A stretch of DNA of 64,000 nt, from the sequence record PZ445498.1. One strand, 5' to 3'. A program made the translations under genes and the position numbers. The notes beneath the pieces are model-generated. The model was not told where the DNA came from and ran no database searches. It saw nothing but the letters and a program-made list of their open reading frames with translations. Source of the stretch: a phage. Positions 1-9,467 of the stretch are shown piece by piece; the stretch's first letter is position 1, and the number at the start of each line of letters is the position of its first letter.

Positions 1-1512
1 TAGCTGTTGCAGGTTCAGCTTACCAGAAGAACTCAGACGACCAGAAGTAGTCATATGTTCATGGAAACCAGTACGAATGCAACCATCTGCATCAATGCTC
101 AGAAGAATCTTCTCAACATAAGTAGAGATCAGCTTAGTCAGCTTACGAATCTCTAGCAGAGTCTTAGCAATTGGATGCTGAGTAGCCAGTTCGTTCAGAG
201 CTTCTGCGTTTGTAGAATCTGCACCTGTATCCGTCAGTTTACCAGTTGGAGTCAAACCAACATAATCAAACAGAAGAACACGGAGTTGCTTAACAGAGTT
301 AGGGTTAAATGCTTCGTTCTGGTCTTTTTCTAGCTGAACGACTTCTGGATAAGTATACAGTTTCTCACGAGCCTTGTTCAGATTGTGAGTTAGCTGATAC
401 TGAGCTTCTTTCAAGCGATCAACAGAAATCGGTACACCACGATCTTCCACACGTTGCAAGAATACACAACCAGGCATCAGAACGTCATAGTATAGACTGC
501 AAAGCTTTTCATTCTTCTCAATTTTCGGTAAGAAGAAGTTATGCAGACGCAGAGTAGCATCGGTATCTTTTGCAGCATAAGGCCACATAATATCAAATGG
601 AATCAGATCATAGCTGAAATCCTCTTTTTTGATCTTATGTGCCTTGCAATAATCATCCTTGAACTTATCCAGTTCAAAGTCATAATCGCCCATGTCAGTA
701 TACTTCATAGCCAGAGATTTCAAGCCGTGAGTACCACGACGTTCATCAAGAACATAGTGTTGCAACATGGTATCATGAAGTCTACGCTCTTTATGTGCTT
801 TCTCGAAGGAAAGTCCTAGATGATAGGAGTAAAAGTGCATATCGAACTTCAAGTTATGAAAAACGATCTGATGATTCTTGCTATCCAGAATTTTCTGGAG
901 ATAATGTACAGCTACTTCGGTGATGCTATCAGAGTCAATATAAACACCCTGATACTCTTGGTGAGACATAGAAACACCAAGAAGATAACCATCACGAGCA
1001 TACAGAGCTGAGGTTTCGGAGTCGAATGCGATAGGTCCGATAACCATATTATACACCATCTTGATGTATTCTTCAGCTTCATCTGGATCAGTAATAGGGC
1101 GATAATCACCAGCTTTTGCAATCTTCTCACGACCATTAATAATGTCATGAATACTTTCTACAGTTGCATCGAAAACTGGTTTCATTTCAGGTTTAAAGTG
1201 TAACTGAGCTGGACTAATACTTGCAATCCAATTGGCATAGCCACCATGCTCTACACGTTTACCAGTATAATCACCGATACCTTTCTTACCTGCGAAATAC
1301 AGGAAAGGTTCAGCACCGACTAGCACAACAAAATCGTAATCATTCGGATCAAACGGGTTATCTGGAGTTCCGATTGTAATATGCTTTTTCAGCAAACGAC
1401 CAGATAACTTCTCGTTACACATATGGAATACATCAACTTCCTCCCCATAAAGCTGGAAGTGTTTATCATAACGAGTGTTATTTAGAGCTTTATCAACTAC
1501 TGCAATTTTCAA
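1..1512 (-). CDS. DNA polymerase, family A (T5-type), 5' part of gene; C-terminus lies beyond window start
   Basis: Minus-strand frame from TTG ~1510-1512 with AGGAG RBS reads MKIAVVDKALNN...; 3'-5' exonuclease motifs FDSETSALY and HNLKFDMHF, pol motif LLEIRKLTKL. Confidence 0.85.
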   Translation of the reverse strand, partial: MKIAVVDKALNNTRYDKHFQLYGEEVDVFHMCNEKLSGRLLKKHITIGTPDNPFDPNDYDFVVLVGAEPFLYFAGKKGIGDYTGKRVEHGGYANWIASISPAQLHFKPEMKPVFDATVESIHDIINGREKIAKAGDYRPITDPDEAEEYIKMVYNMVIGPIAFDSETSALYARDGYLLGVSMSHQEYQGVYIDSDSITEVAVHYLQKILDSKNHQIVFHNLKFDMHFYSYHLGLSFEKAHKERRLHDTMLQHYVLDERRGTHGLKSLAMKYTDMGDYDFELDKFKDDYCKAHKIKKEDFSYDLIPFDIMWPYAAKDTDATLRLHNFFLPKIEKNEKLCSLYYDVLMPGCVFLQRVEDRGVPISVDRLKEAQYQLTHNLNKAREKLYTYPEVVQLEKDQNEAFNPNSVKQLRVLLFDYVGLTPTGKLTDTGADSTNAEALNELATQHPIAKTLLEIRKLTKLISTYVEKILLSIDADGCIRTGFHEHMTTSGRLSSSGKLNLQQL

Positions 1513-1574
1513 ATTTAGTCTCCTTTTGGTAAGTAAGTATAACTTCAGTGTTTCTTCTCTAACTTACCAATATA

Positions 1575-2465
1575 TTATACCAAATCTTTGAGCGATTCGG
1601 CAACTAAAATTTCAATACGTTGAGCCAACATATCGATCTCTTCTTTATTTAAGTCACCTGGGTCTTTGCCTTCTGGAAGAAGGAAGTTACCAACTACAGG
1701 TGTTAAACGCGTTTTTGTACGAATTAGCTTCGCTAGTGCTTGTGCGGCTTTATTACCAGAGGCATCATTATCTAATAGGATAACTACTACTCTTACTCCA
1801 GCAATAATGTAAGGACTGAACTTATCGGCAATGTTATCAGATGTAAACTGATGTGTACCAAAGCAGCAAGAAGCATAATCCACACCGTTATCTTCTAGAT
1901 TTAACATATCAAAGATACCTTCAACTAGAACAAGAACTGGTGTATTATATCGTACAGGAAAAATCGGTGGTGAAACTTGTTTTGGTTTTACTAAGTATTT
2001 AGGAGGGGCAGAACTGTTTATAGAACGTCCCAGGAATAGGATATTGCGTCCAACAGCATCTGTTATTGGGAATACAATTCTGCCTTCCCAGTCTGCTTGA
2101 TGTTGGAAAGCAAAATATTTCTTCAAGGTCTTAGAACTGATACCTCGGAAATCACCTTCGAAAAGGTAAGCAGATTCAGGAATTGCAAGATTCGTAGATC
2201 CATTCCTAATCTCTGAAATCTTTTTACGTACTTGTGACAATCTTGGGGACTGTCTGTACTGAGTCTCATTAAAATAATGGTAAATGCTCGGTATTCCTCT
2301 ACCGAAGCCACAGCTCAAGCAATGCATAATACCTGATTCAGGATCAATACGCAAGCTTGGGTGTTTATCATCATGATCTGGATTGAGACAACAGATGAGG
2401 ATGTCCCCACCTGTGTCTTTGTATTCAATGCCTTTCAGATCAAGTAGTTCTGTTATTCTACTCAT
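1575..2465 (-). CDS. DNA primase (DnaG-like: zinc-binding plus TOPRIM)
   Basis: 296 aa ORF; Cys/His cluster CCLNPDH...CLSCGFG and acidic TOPRIM-like VLVEG / LLDNDASG motifs. Confidence 0.7.
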   Translation of the reverse strand: MSRITELLDLKGIEYKDTGGDILICCLNPDHDDKHPSLRIDPESGIMHCLSCGFGRGIPSIYHYFNETQYRQSPRLSQVRKKISEIRNGSTNLAIPESAYLFEGDFRGISSKTLKKYFAFQHQADWEGRIVFPITDAVGRNILFLGRSINSSAPPKYLVKPKQVSPPIFPVRYNTPVLVLVEGIFDMLNLEDNGVDYASCCFGTHQFTSDNIADKFSPYIIAGVRVVVILLDNDASGNKAAQALAKLIRTKTRLTPVVGNFLLPEGKDPGDLNKEEIDMLAQRIEILVAESLKDLV

Positions 2466-3934
2466 ATATCGCTGGCCTGTTCACCTGTTGAATTTTCAGC
2501 TTTGTCTTTCTTAGCACGTTTAGGTTGAGCTGGTTTATCCTTTTCAATAGGAATAACGAACTCAGCTTCCATTTGCGCAATATCTTCCATTGCTAGGTTG
2601 GTAGTGTTATCCATTCGCAGAGTTTCCCAGTTCATCTTAGGCATAAACTTCACACTATCAGAGGAACGAGTCTTAACGAAGTCAAACATAATAGCACCTT
2701 GACCATTATCAGCTTTTGCAGCATTAAGATTAGCAGCCATATCTGCGGAATCAAGAATCCCTTTAGACATACGCGTTCTACCATCTTGGTCAATCTGATA
2801 AGGAGCAACACCAGCCACGTTATGTTTCTGGCAGATAGATTTGAAAGACGAACTAACAACCATCTGTTCTTTCCAGTCATACATGTCAATGGTCTTTGAA
2901 TCTGGAAGTCTTGTTTGGTTAATATAGTCTAGAAGAGCTACAGTAACCTTATCACCATACTTAGCAACTAGTTTATTTAATTCTACGTCAACCGTCGTAA
3001 TAGACAGTTCAGGATCGTAAACGATGATCATAGGAGTGTGAAGCTCATAGCCTTCAAGGAGTTTACTTTCCATATCATAGAAGTCACTCATTTTAGCCAT
3101 AGTGTATTGCTTAACGAAGTTATCGAAAAGCTCTTCACCACCATTAAACATCCTAGCCCTAGTTCTGGCTAATCTCAACAGAGCAGCACCTTCAAGAGTG
3201 TTGTTACGCATTGCTAATGCAGATACTCCAGCTAACATAGCCAGATTACGTCTAAACACTTCGTGCTCTTTCATCTCAATTGAGAAATATGGAGCAATGT
3301 CTCCATTCAAATATTGCTGAACCTGTATGTTTGAGCAGATAATGGATTTACCAGTACCACGCCAACCACCAAGCAGTAACGTTTCTGTGCGAGCTAAACC
3401 AATTTGAGCGTCGAACTCATTACAAATACCAAGAGCGATCAAGTTCAGTTTGGTATCTTCTTCTCTCTGGAAAATACGCATTGTGTCTGCGTTGAATACC
3501 TTTCCAGTATTCGTTACTTTCTCTTCTAATTTTAAGTGAAGGGAGGCAACTCGGTTGAGAATTTCTCCCTGATCCAGCATTGTTAAATCTTGAAGCACGT
3601 CTGTTTCTAGAAGTTTCAGGAATAGATCCTGTGTATATTCGGCTTCTAGGACTTCAAGCGCCTGTTCCATGCTCACTTCTGGAATTTGAGTGTTAGCTAA
3701 GACGACAAGAGCTTGAGAAAGGCGGGCGTTCCTATTGGCCTCAAGCATCAGTGCGTCAATGGACGGCATTGCGTTATATTTCTTATAATAATTCTGGACG
3801 GCTTGGTAAATTGAGGAGAAAGCGTCATTAAAATGATCTTTATGCAGTTTTGAGAATGTTTCCAATGCTATTTGCTTCTGTTCAGAAGCGAGAAGCATCT
3901 TCAACACTACAGCTTGCACGTTAAACAAGGTCAT
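2462..3934 (-). CDS. replicative DNA helicase (DnaB-like)
   Basis: Walker A GGWRGTGKS; start placed at ATG 3934 with AAGGAGA RBS; track start 3985 would run through a terminator hairpin. Confidence 0.75.
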   Translation of the reverse strand: MTLFNVQAVVLKMLLASEQKQIALETFSKLHKDHFNDAFSSIYQAVQNYYKKYNAMPSIDALMLEANRNARLSQALVVLANTQIPEVSMEQALEVLEAEYTQDLFLKLLETDVLQDLTMLDQGEILNRVASLHLKLEEKVTNTGKVFNADTMRIFQREEDTKLNLIALGICNEFDAQIGLARTETLLLGGWRGTGKSIICSNIQVQQYLNGDIAPYFSIEMKEHEVFRRNLAMLAGVSALAMRNNTLEGAALLRLARTRARMFNGGEELFDNFVKQYTMAKMSDFYDMESKLLEGYELHTPMIIVYDPELSITTVDVELNKLVAKYGDKVTVALLDYINQTRLPDSKTIDMYDWKEQMVVSSSFKSICQKHNVAGVAPYQIDQDGRTRMSKGILDSADMAANLNAAKADNGQGAIMFDFVKTRSSDSVKFMPKMNWETLRMDNTTNLAMEDIAQMEAEFVIPIEKDKPAQPKRAKKDKAENSTGEQASDI

Positions 3935-3965
3935 TCTCCTTTGCACGCTTTCGTGCCTTCTAAAT

Positions 3966-4005
3966 GCAAAAAGGGGAAGGAGCATAGCCCCCTCCCCTTA
4001 GGTTT
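3966..4005 (-). terminator. rho-independent terminator (minus)
   Basis: G/C-rich hairpin GGGGAAGGAG...CCCCTCCCC with T-run on minus strand downstream of gene 4017-4784. Confidence 0.55.
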
Positions 4006-4016
4006 AATTTACCAGA

Positions 4017-4784
4017 TTATTCAGCAGCCGCAGCTTTTGCATCCAGTTTAGCACGCTTAGCGGCACCATCATAGTCCTTAGCAACCAGACCACGACGAGA
4101 CAGCATAGATTTAACACCGCGCTCAGACTTACCAGTTTTCTCAGCGATCTCAGCAACAGTCATGTTAGCCAGATCCAGACCTTCTAACAGATCTTCACGA
4201 GTTTTAGCACTTGAAGTTTCCTGTACCGGCATAGCAGCGATACGACCTTCACGAAGCAGGCTCAGAGCTTTACCACGGATCTGCTTAATATTGCGACCGA
4301 AGTGAGCAGCGATAGCTTCAATAGTAGCACCAGCAACAACCTGATTAACGAAATCAGTTTCTTCGTCAGGAGTGAAGGAACGAACAGCAGCAGCTTTTTC
4401 AGTTGGCTTAACAGAAGCGGTCATTTCCAGACTCAGGATCTTACCCTGTACCTGCTTAGCACCGAACTGACCACCAGCTACAGCAGCAGCGATTTCAGCG
4501 TAAGTATACTGACCAGCATGAGCGTTCAGGAAATCAACCAGTTCAGCTTCTTGTTCAGGAGTCCACGGGGATTTCTGTACTTCGTTAGCTTTCTGTACTT
4601 CGAAACCTTCTTTACGCAGCTTAGAGCCAACAGAGCGAGCGGTAACGTCTTTACCAGTCTCGGTAGCCAGTTCAGCAGCGATAGCAGCTACTTGTTCTTG
4701 AGAGATTACAGCAACACCCAGAGCAGTGGCTTTTGCTTTCAGAGACTCGGTTACACCTTCTACGTTCCAGTTCAGTTTAGACAT
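4017..4784 (-). CDS. Ala/Lys-rich putative DNA-binding protein (possibly T5 D5-like)
   Basis: 255 aa ORF with highly expressed-type codon usage and GGAG RBS; product assignment is a guess. Confidence 0.45.
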   Translation of the reverse strand: MSKLNWNVEGVTESLKAKATALGVAVISQEQVAAIAAELATETGKDVTARSVGSKLRKEGFEVQKANEVQKSPWTPEQEAELVDFLNAHAGQYTYAEIAAAVAGGQFGAKQVQGKILSLEMTASVKPTEKAAAVRSFTPDEETDFVNQVVAGATIEAIAAHFGRNIKQIRGKALSLLREGRIAAMPVQETSSAKTREDLLEGLDLANMTVAEIAEKTGKSERGVKSMLSRRGLVAKDYDGAAKRAKLDAKAAAAE

Positions 4785-5559
4785 TATTATTTTTCTCCAA
4801 TAGTTCTTTAATCGACAGGATTTCTATCCCATTCGTTTCGGCTTTCTTATAAGATGAGGAAGAACGTTTTGATTCATCCTCACAGATTAGGTATTTGACG
4901 TCTTTGGTAACGGACTTCTTAACCGTATATCCTAGACTTTCTAAATAGTTTGTTGCATCCGTTCGATTTGCAAAATCTTGCAAAGATCCGGTAATACAGA
5001 CCGTGATTCCATTTGGCTGGGCAACTAAATCATCAGTAATGATGATATCAGCTTTAGCACCTCGAATACCAGTTGAGAATTTCCACGGTAATTCAATAAC
5101 ATCCTTGCCTTGTGGGGAATTTAGCCAGGTTTTGTAATTTTCTCCAGCCTTGCCGTCAGCCTTCACATCGTGGAAGCTAGTGCAATTTTGGGACAGTTTC
5201 TTTGCTGCAACCTCTCCAATAAGAGGAATTCCTAAAGAACCGAGAACTGAACCAAAGTCAATGTCTCCGCGAACCTTAGTATTTAACTCGCTAATCAACT
5301 TAGTGGCAACCTTGCTACCCACAGCTCCGACCAAATCTTCTTCGGTCAGGTAAAACAGTTCTGAGATCTTAGTCAGTTCCAGCTTCTCAATAGTTTTTGG
5401 GCCAAAGCCCTTTAACTTCATTTTTGTGCAGAAGTTCTCGATTAACTTACTTGATTGCGCTGGACAGTTGGACTTATTCCTACAGAATAATTGCCCGTTG
5501 ACAAGATCTAGCTTAGAACCACAAGAGGGACATTGTGTTGGAATTTCGATTTTCATCAA
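4777..5559 (-). CDS. NAD-dependent DNA ligase, C-terminal fragment (Zn-finger, HhH, BRCT-like)
   Basis: CPSCGSKL...C..C zinc ribbon, helix-hairpin-helix and BRCT-like tail; own promoter and RBS upstream. Confidence 0.75.
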   Translation of the reverse strand: MMKIEIPTQCPSCGSKLDLVNGQLFCRNKSNCPAQSSKLIENFCTKMKLKGFGPKTIEKLELTKISELFYLTEEDLVGAVGSKVATKLISELNTKVRGDIDFGSVLGSLGIPLIGEVAAKKLSQNCTSFHDVKADGKAGENYKTWLNSPQGKDVIELPWKFSTGIRGAKADIIITDDLVAQPNGITVCITGSLQDFANRTDATNYLESLGYTVKKSVTKDVKYLICEDESKRSSSSYKKAETNGIEILSIKELLEKNNNV

Positions 5560-5586
5560 ATTTCTTCCTTATCAATTTATATAAAT

Positions 5587-5615
5587 ATTATAGCAAGTAT
5601 TTAAGCATTTAGCAA
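5587..5615 (-). promoter_or_regulatory. early promoter (minus) for ligase C-terminal fragment
   Basis: Reverse complement reads TTGCTA-17-TATAAT followed by ATTTATATAAATTGATAAGGAAG leader and ATG 5559. Confidence 0.7.
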
Positions 5616-5758
5616 CTACAATTTTAACTAACTTTGCTTACCCTCGCCATAACTTTCTATCCCTCAACTGAATGATAATAGTATATACCTAAGCGGCGAA
5701 AATGTCAATAACCACTTTATAATTCCGACATGGTAAACGGGTAGCAAAGGGTTACGAA

Positions 5759-6733
5759 TTAGTCGTATACTCGCTCTACTATACAAGGGATTACACCACC
5801 AGCACGAATCACTCGAATCTGGCAACCGATCTCTAAATCGAGAGCGTTAATATAATCAACGTTATTAAGAGTTGCTTTAACGATTGTGGCATCATCAATA
5901 ATCACCGGCTCGAAATAACCAACTGGAGTTACTTTACCAGAAGCCCCTACTTGCCATTCAACTTTAACAAGTGTGGTAATTTCGCCTTCTTCATCCTCTT
6001 TAATAGCAAATGCACCACGAGGAAATTTATTAGTCCAACCTTCACGGAAGAATTTATTGTTGTCGTTAATACGAACAACTTTACCGTCCGTCGGAATCCA
6101 TTTAAAAAAGGAACGAACATTAACAACTGTCAAGAAGTTCTCATTCTCTAGCCAAAGCATATCTTTTAAATAGGCTTCTGTAATACCGACTGTTTCCGCT
6201 GAACACTGTATACCATATGCAACGAAGATTAAACCACCTTCACCAATACGTTGCATGAAATCATCGCTGTCTTTCAGGTTAATAGCACCCGAAGCGTAGT
6301 TACGTTTGTTCTCTACTTCTTTAGTAATGAGAACTTCACCAGTGATTTGAGTTGGTACTTTTTGGGAAATAGTTTTGGGGATGTTCAGCATTTTAACATT
6401 ATGCGTTACATCATTCCCTAGAATACCGTTACCACGAGTTAACGCTTGAACAAACTCACCATTAATATATAATAGAGAAATCGCACAACCATCTAACTTA
6501 TCAGTTTCAACCTGACCAAGTGGGTTGAATGGAGCTTTATCACCACGATCGTAATAGACTTTCTGCAAAGAATACATACGATACAAATGAGGGATATCAC
6601 CTTTCGGTCCGATTTCTTCCTCTAGTGGGAATCTTTTAATCAGACGATCATATTCTTCATCGGAAATAAGACTCATTCCCTGGTAGTACGCTTCTTGACA
6701 ACGTTTAATAAAGTCTTTTACATTATTCATCAT
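5759..6733 (-). CDS. NAD-dependent DNA ligase, N-terminal adenylation-domain fragment
   Basis: KLDG adenylation lysine motif and OB-fold region; ends ~200 bp upstream of the C-terminal fragment ORF. Confidence 0.75.
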   Translation of the reverse strand: MMNNVKDFIKRCQEAYYQGMSLISDEEYDRLIKRFPLEEEIGPKGDIPHLYRMYSLQKVYYDRGDKAPFNPLGQVETDKLDGCAISLLYINGEFVQALTRGNGILGNDVTHNVKMLNIPKTISQKVPTQITGEVLITKEVENKRNYASGAINLKDSDDFMQRIGEGGLIFVAYGIQCSAETVGITEAYLKDMLWLENENFLTVVNVRSFFKWIPTDGKVVRINDNNKFFREGWTNKFPRGAFAIKEDEEGEITTLVKVEWQVGASGKVTPVGYFEPVIIDDATIVKATLNNVDYINALDLEIGCQIRVIRAGGVIPCIVERVYD

Positions 6734-6923
6734 CTGCGATTTCCATTTTGAGTTCTTTACTATACTGCGCAGCCATACCAGCTAAATCAGCAGCTTCTTT
6801 CAACCACGCATCTTTGTACGCTTTCTGGTTTGGAGTGCCGATACTATCCTGGTAATTGATTCTTGCTATGGAGAGCAAATTAAGTTTTGCTTGAATCTTT
6901 GGAAGTGTTATTATCATTGCCAT
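6723..6923 (-). CDS. hypothetical small protein
   Basis: ORF after minus-strand early promoter; start moved to ATG 6923 because track start lies in the conserved promoter leader box. Confidence 0.45.
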   Translation of the reverse strand: MAMIITLPKIQAKLNLLSIARINYQDSIGTPNQKAYKDAWLKEAADLAGMAAQYSKELKMEIADDE

Positions 6924-6952
6924 AATTGATCCTCTCATCAATTTATATAAAT

Positions 6953-6981
6953 ATTATATATGAAAACTGAGTCGAAAGCAA
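6953..6981 (-). promoter_or_regulatory. early promoter (minus)
   Basis: Reverse complement TTGCTT-17-TATAAT plus conserved ATAAATTGATGAGAGGA leader. Confidence 0.7.
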
Positions 6982-7008
6982 GTACATTTATAAAGAAAAA
7001 GCCAAGAA

Positions 7009-7317
7009 CTAGGCATTCTTGGCTTTGAGTTCTTCAGCTCGTTTCTGTACTTCATGCAAGACCTCTGATTCACTGAGGATTTGCGTAAAAGCGTAGAATA
7101 GCTGTGATGTAGTTTCTAGGGTATAAGGAAAAGAGAAGCCGGATTTCGTTGGAAACCACTCTCCAGTAATATCTTGGAGCCAGTAACGAATTCCCATGTA
7201 TAGATTCCCACGAAATTCAGATACGGTTAGTCTTACTTGTTCCCCCTCCTTCTCCCAAAGCATGATGGACTGGTCGTCAACGTGTCCTTCATAGTTTTGA
7301 TTTACTTGATCGCTCAT
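7009..7317 (-). CDS. hypothetical protein
   Basis: 102 aa ORF; terminator hairpin of upstream gene just 5' of it. Confidence 0.5.
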   Translation of the reverse strand: MSDQVNQNYEGHVDDQSIMLWEKEGEQVRLTVSEFRGNLYMGIRYWLQDITGEWFPTKSGFSFPYTLETTSQLFYAFTQILSESEVLHEVQKRAEELKAKNA

Positions 7318-7337
7318 TTACATATCCCAAATACACA

Positions 7338-7366
7338 AAAAGCCCCATATAGGGGCTAATTGGTTT
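7338..7366 (-). terminator. rho-independent terminator (minus)
   Basis: Hairpin AGCCCCTATATGGGGCT followed by T-run on minus strand. Confidence 0.65.
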
Positions 7367-7367
7367 C

Positions 7368-7664
7368 TTATCGGCCTACTGGAGAAGCACGATCTAACTC
7401 TGACTGGAGGCTCGTCACACGGCGAACTTTCGCAACAGGAATGAAACGGAAGCTATCATTAGTACGAGAGAAAACGAGGATTTCATCCTCTTTCGGCTTA
7501 CGGATGCGCTCACGTTTAATACGCTCAGCCAGGTATTTATCCTGAGCTGGATCAAATTCCATCGTACCCTGAAGGTACGTGGTTCCTTTCTGACGAAGTT
7601 TTTCGTAATGAAGATAAAACTCACCAAATTTTTCGCATTGAGCAATAATTTCAGCTTTATTCAT
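7368..7664 (-). CDS. hypothetical protein
   Basis: 98 aa ORF in operon context. Confidence 0.5.
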   Translation of the reverse strand: MNKAEIIAQCEKFGEFYLHYEKLRQKGTTYLQGTMEFDPAQDKYLAERIKRERIRKPKEDEILVFSRTNDSFRFIPVAKVRRVTSLQSELDRASPVGR

Positions 7665-7700
7665 AACTGTATTCCTTGTGTTGGTGGATTTATCTAAGAA

Positions 7701-8111
7701 TTACTTAGTAATAGCTCTGATAGCTTCTGCCAGATGAGCAGCTGCTTTACCGGTCAGCTTGTCGACGATCGTGTCGTCCAGGAAGTCCGGTGCTAAGCCA
7801 GCATCAGAGAATGCAGAGCGAAGATCGGAGTGAGCCTGAGCTTTGGAAGTACGAGAACCACCAGAAGCTTTTTCTCCAGTAGATGCGCTTGATTTAGAAG
7901 TAGAGCCAGCAGCTTTCTTGATATACAGACCTGCTTTGGTCAGCTTCATACGAAAACCGTTCGGAGTTACACCATTTTCCTGAGCAATTTCGCTAACAAT
8001 TTCCATGCTAACGCCCGGACGCTCATCTTCTGGGAATTGCTCCATACGAGCAACGTAGTCGGAAGACATTTTTTCGAACAGTTCATCAGTCCACTGAGTT
8101 GGAGTAGTCAT
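7701..8111 (-). CDS. hypothetical protein
   Basis: 136 aa ORF with AAGGAAA RBS and minus promoter at 8170-8198. Confidence 0.55.
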   Translation of the reverse strand: MTTPTQWTDELFEKMSSDYVARMEQFPEDERPGVSMEIVSEIAQENGVTPNGFRMKLTKAGLYIKKAAGSTSKSSASTGEKASGGSRTSKAQAHSDLRSAFSDAGLAPDFLDDTIVDKLTGKAAAHLAEAIRAITK

Positions 8112-8169
8112 ATTTTTCGATTTCCTTAATTAAGAATTAAACAGAATAGTTCTTTCAAACTATGAGAAT

Positions 8170-8198
8170 ATTATATCAAGAATTACAGGATTAAGCAA
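8170..8198 (-). promoter_or_regulatory. early promoter (minus) for gene 7701-8111
   Basis: Reverse complement TTGCTT-17-TATAAT. Confidence 0.65.
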
Positions 8199-8215
8199 CT
8201 GAAATTTTTCAGTAG

Positions 8216-8491
8216 TTACTCCACCAGGCCAACAGCAAGCATATCATCAATGCTGGCAATCTCCCAATCGTCGGCAATAGCTTCGCACACTGTTAACGTA
8301 ACAACCTCACTATAGGGATAATTACCAGCTACCCAGATATGTTGGGTAACTACATCTGAGTCAGCGTCTAAAGTTATTAACACTAAGCCATTATTGTCAT
8401 TATCCCAGCTTCTACGATATAGAGTTTTTACTTCCCCATCTTTAAGCAAATCTGTTAATTTACTCACTGCGTCTTCCTTTTTCTTTATCAA
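8216..8491 (-). CDS. hypothetical protein
   Basis: 91 aa ORF overlapping upstream gene end. Confidence 0.45.
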   Translation of the reverse strand: MIKKKEDAVSKLTDLLKDGEVKTLYRRSWDNDNNGLVLITLDADSDVVTQHIWVAGNYPYSEVVTLTVCEAIADDWEIASIDDMLAVGLVE

Positions 8492-9164
8492 GTTTCAGGG
8501 CAGCTTTAACAGCTTCATTGACTAATGTGATTACTTCTTCACGGCTATACTTGAATCCTAAAGCCTTAACATCGACTCCCAGCTCTTGAAGGTGTTTTAC
8601 AGAAGCTAACTCGTAATTCATATAGTGAACGTTCTGTTGTTTACCTTCTGATAACAACCAAACACGGTAGCAGCCAACTGGGTTAGTCATTGCTTTCTTG
8701 ATTTCACCAATACACTGATAGCCAGGAACCCAAACAAGTTCACCAACTTCAAATTCTTCCGCCATTGCATCATCTGGAATCAACGGAGGATTCAATGGAT
8801 CAACGATATCGTTAATTCGAAGCAGGGCACCATAACGTTCAAGAACAGATTTAACCATAGCTACGGAACGATAGTTACGATCGGCAATTTCTTCAAAAGA
8901 ATCGCCAGATAAATACTGTTCAATTACGTTTGCAAGCTCAACACCTTCAATCAGTGTTCCGCGCTTCTTCTTTTTCATTTCCGCAACCTGAACCTGACGA
9001 TCTCTCCATTCTTCGATCATTCGTTCCATAGTTGGGTTAGAAGAAACACCGAGCATTTCACATGCTGCTTTCTTAGTACCACCATTCTCCAGATGTTCAA
9101 TGACCTTTTTAAAGGTTTCATCAGGGATTTCATGGATAAGTTTCTTTCTACGAGAACCAGCCAT
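8460..9164 (-). CDS. HTH-domain protein, putative transcriptional regulator
   Basis: 234 aa; helix-turn-helix-like segment KKAACEMLGVSSNPTMERMIEEW; preceded by minus early promoter. Confidence 0.5.
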   Translation of the reverse strand: MAGSRRKKLIHEIPDETFKKVIEHLENGGTKKAACEMLGVSSNPTMERMIEEWRDRQVQVAEMKKKKRGTLIEGVELANVIEQYLSGDSFEEIADRNYRSVAMVKSVLERYGALLRINDIVDPLNPPLIPDDAMAEEFEVGELVWVPGYQCIGEIKKAMTNPVGCYRVWLLSEGKQQNVHYMNYELASVKHLQELGVDVKALGFKYSREEVITLVNEAVKAALKLDKEKGRRSE

Positions 9165-9196
9165 ATTTAAAACTCCTCTCTCAAATTTATGAATCT

Positions 9197-9225
9197 ATTA
9201 TACAGAAAATTTTTGCAAGATGCAA
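9197..9225 (-). promoter_or_regulatory. early promoter (minus) for HTH gene
   Basis: Reverse complement TTGCAT-17-TATAAT then ATTCATAAATTTGAGAGAGGAG leader, near-identical to the classic T5 early promoter leader. Confidence 0.75.
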
Positions 9226-9233
9226 GTAAATTT

Positions 9234-9467
9234 TTAGGATTCTTTGAGCAAAGAAGCAAGCTCAGCATAGACTTTATCTAACTCAAAGCCAATGCGAAGA
9301 GACACACGAGTCTTCCGTTGTTTAAGTAACCATATGGAGACGTTAGGGATGCCAGCGAGACGAGGTGGTACAACCCTACATAGTTTCTCCGCGGTATCGT
9401 AAACAGAAGTTTTACGTTCTTTTACTGGAAACTTCCTTGTTTCCCACTTTTTATTCTTCACTGTCAT
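9234..9467 (-). CDS. hypothetical small basic protein
   Basis: Start placed at ATG 9467 (GGAG RBS) just after the helicase stop. Confidence 0.4.
   Translation of the reverse strand: MTVKNKKWETRKFPVKERKTSVYDTAEKLCRVVPPRLAGIPNVSIWLLKQRKTRVSLRIGFELDKVYAELASLLKES

Noticed and set aside
3935-3985. Upstream start for the DnaB-like helicase (track start 3985)
   Set aside because: The extension would be translated through the terminator hairpin at 3966-4005; ATG 3934 has a good RBS
4302-4811. 169 aa plus-strand ORF antisense to the gene at 4017-4784
   Set aside because: Sits inside a minus-strand operon with no plus-strand signals; low-complexity translation
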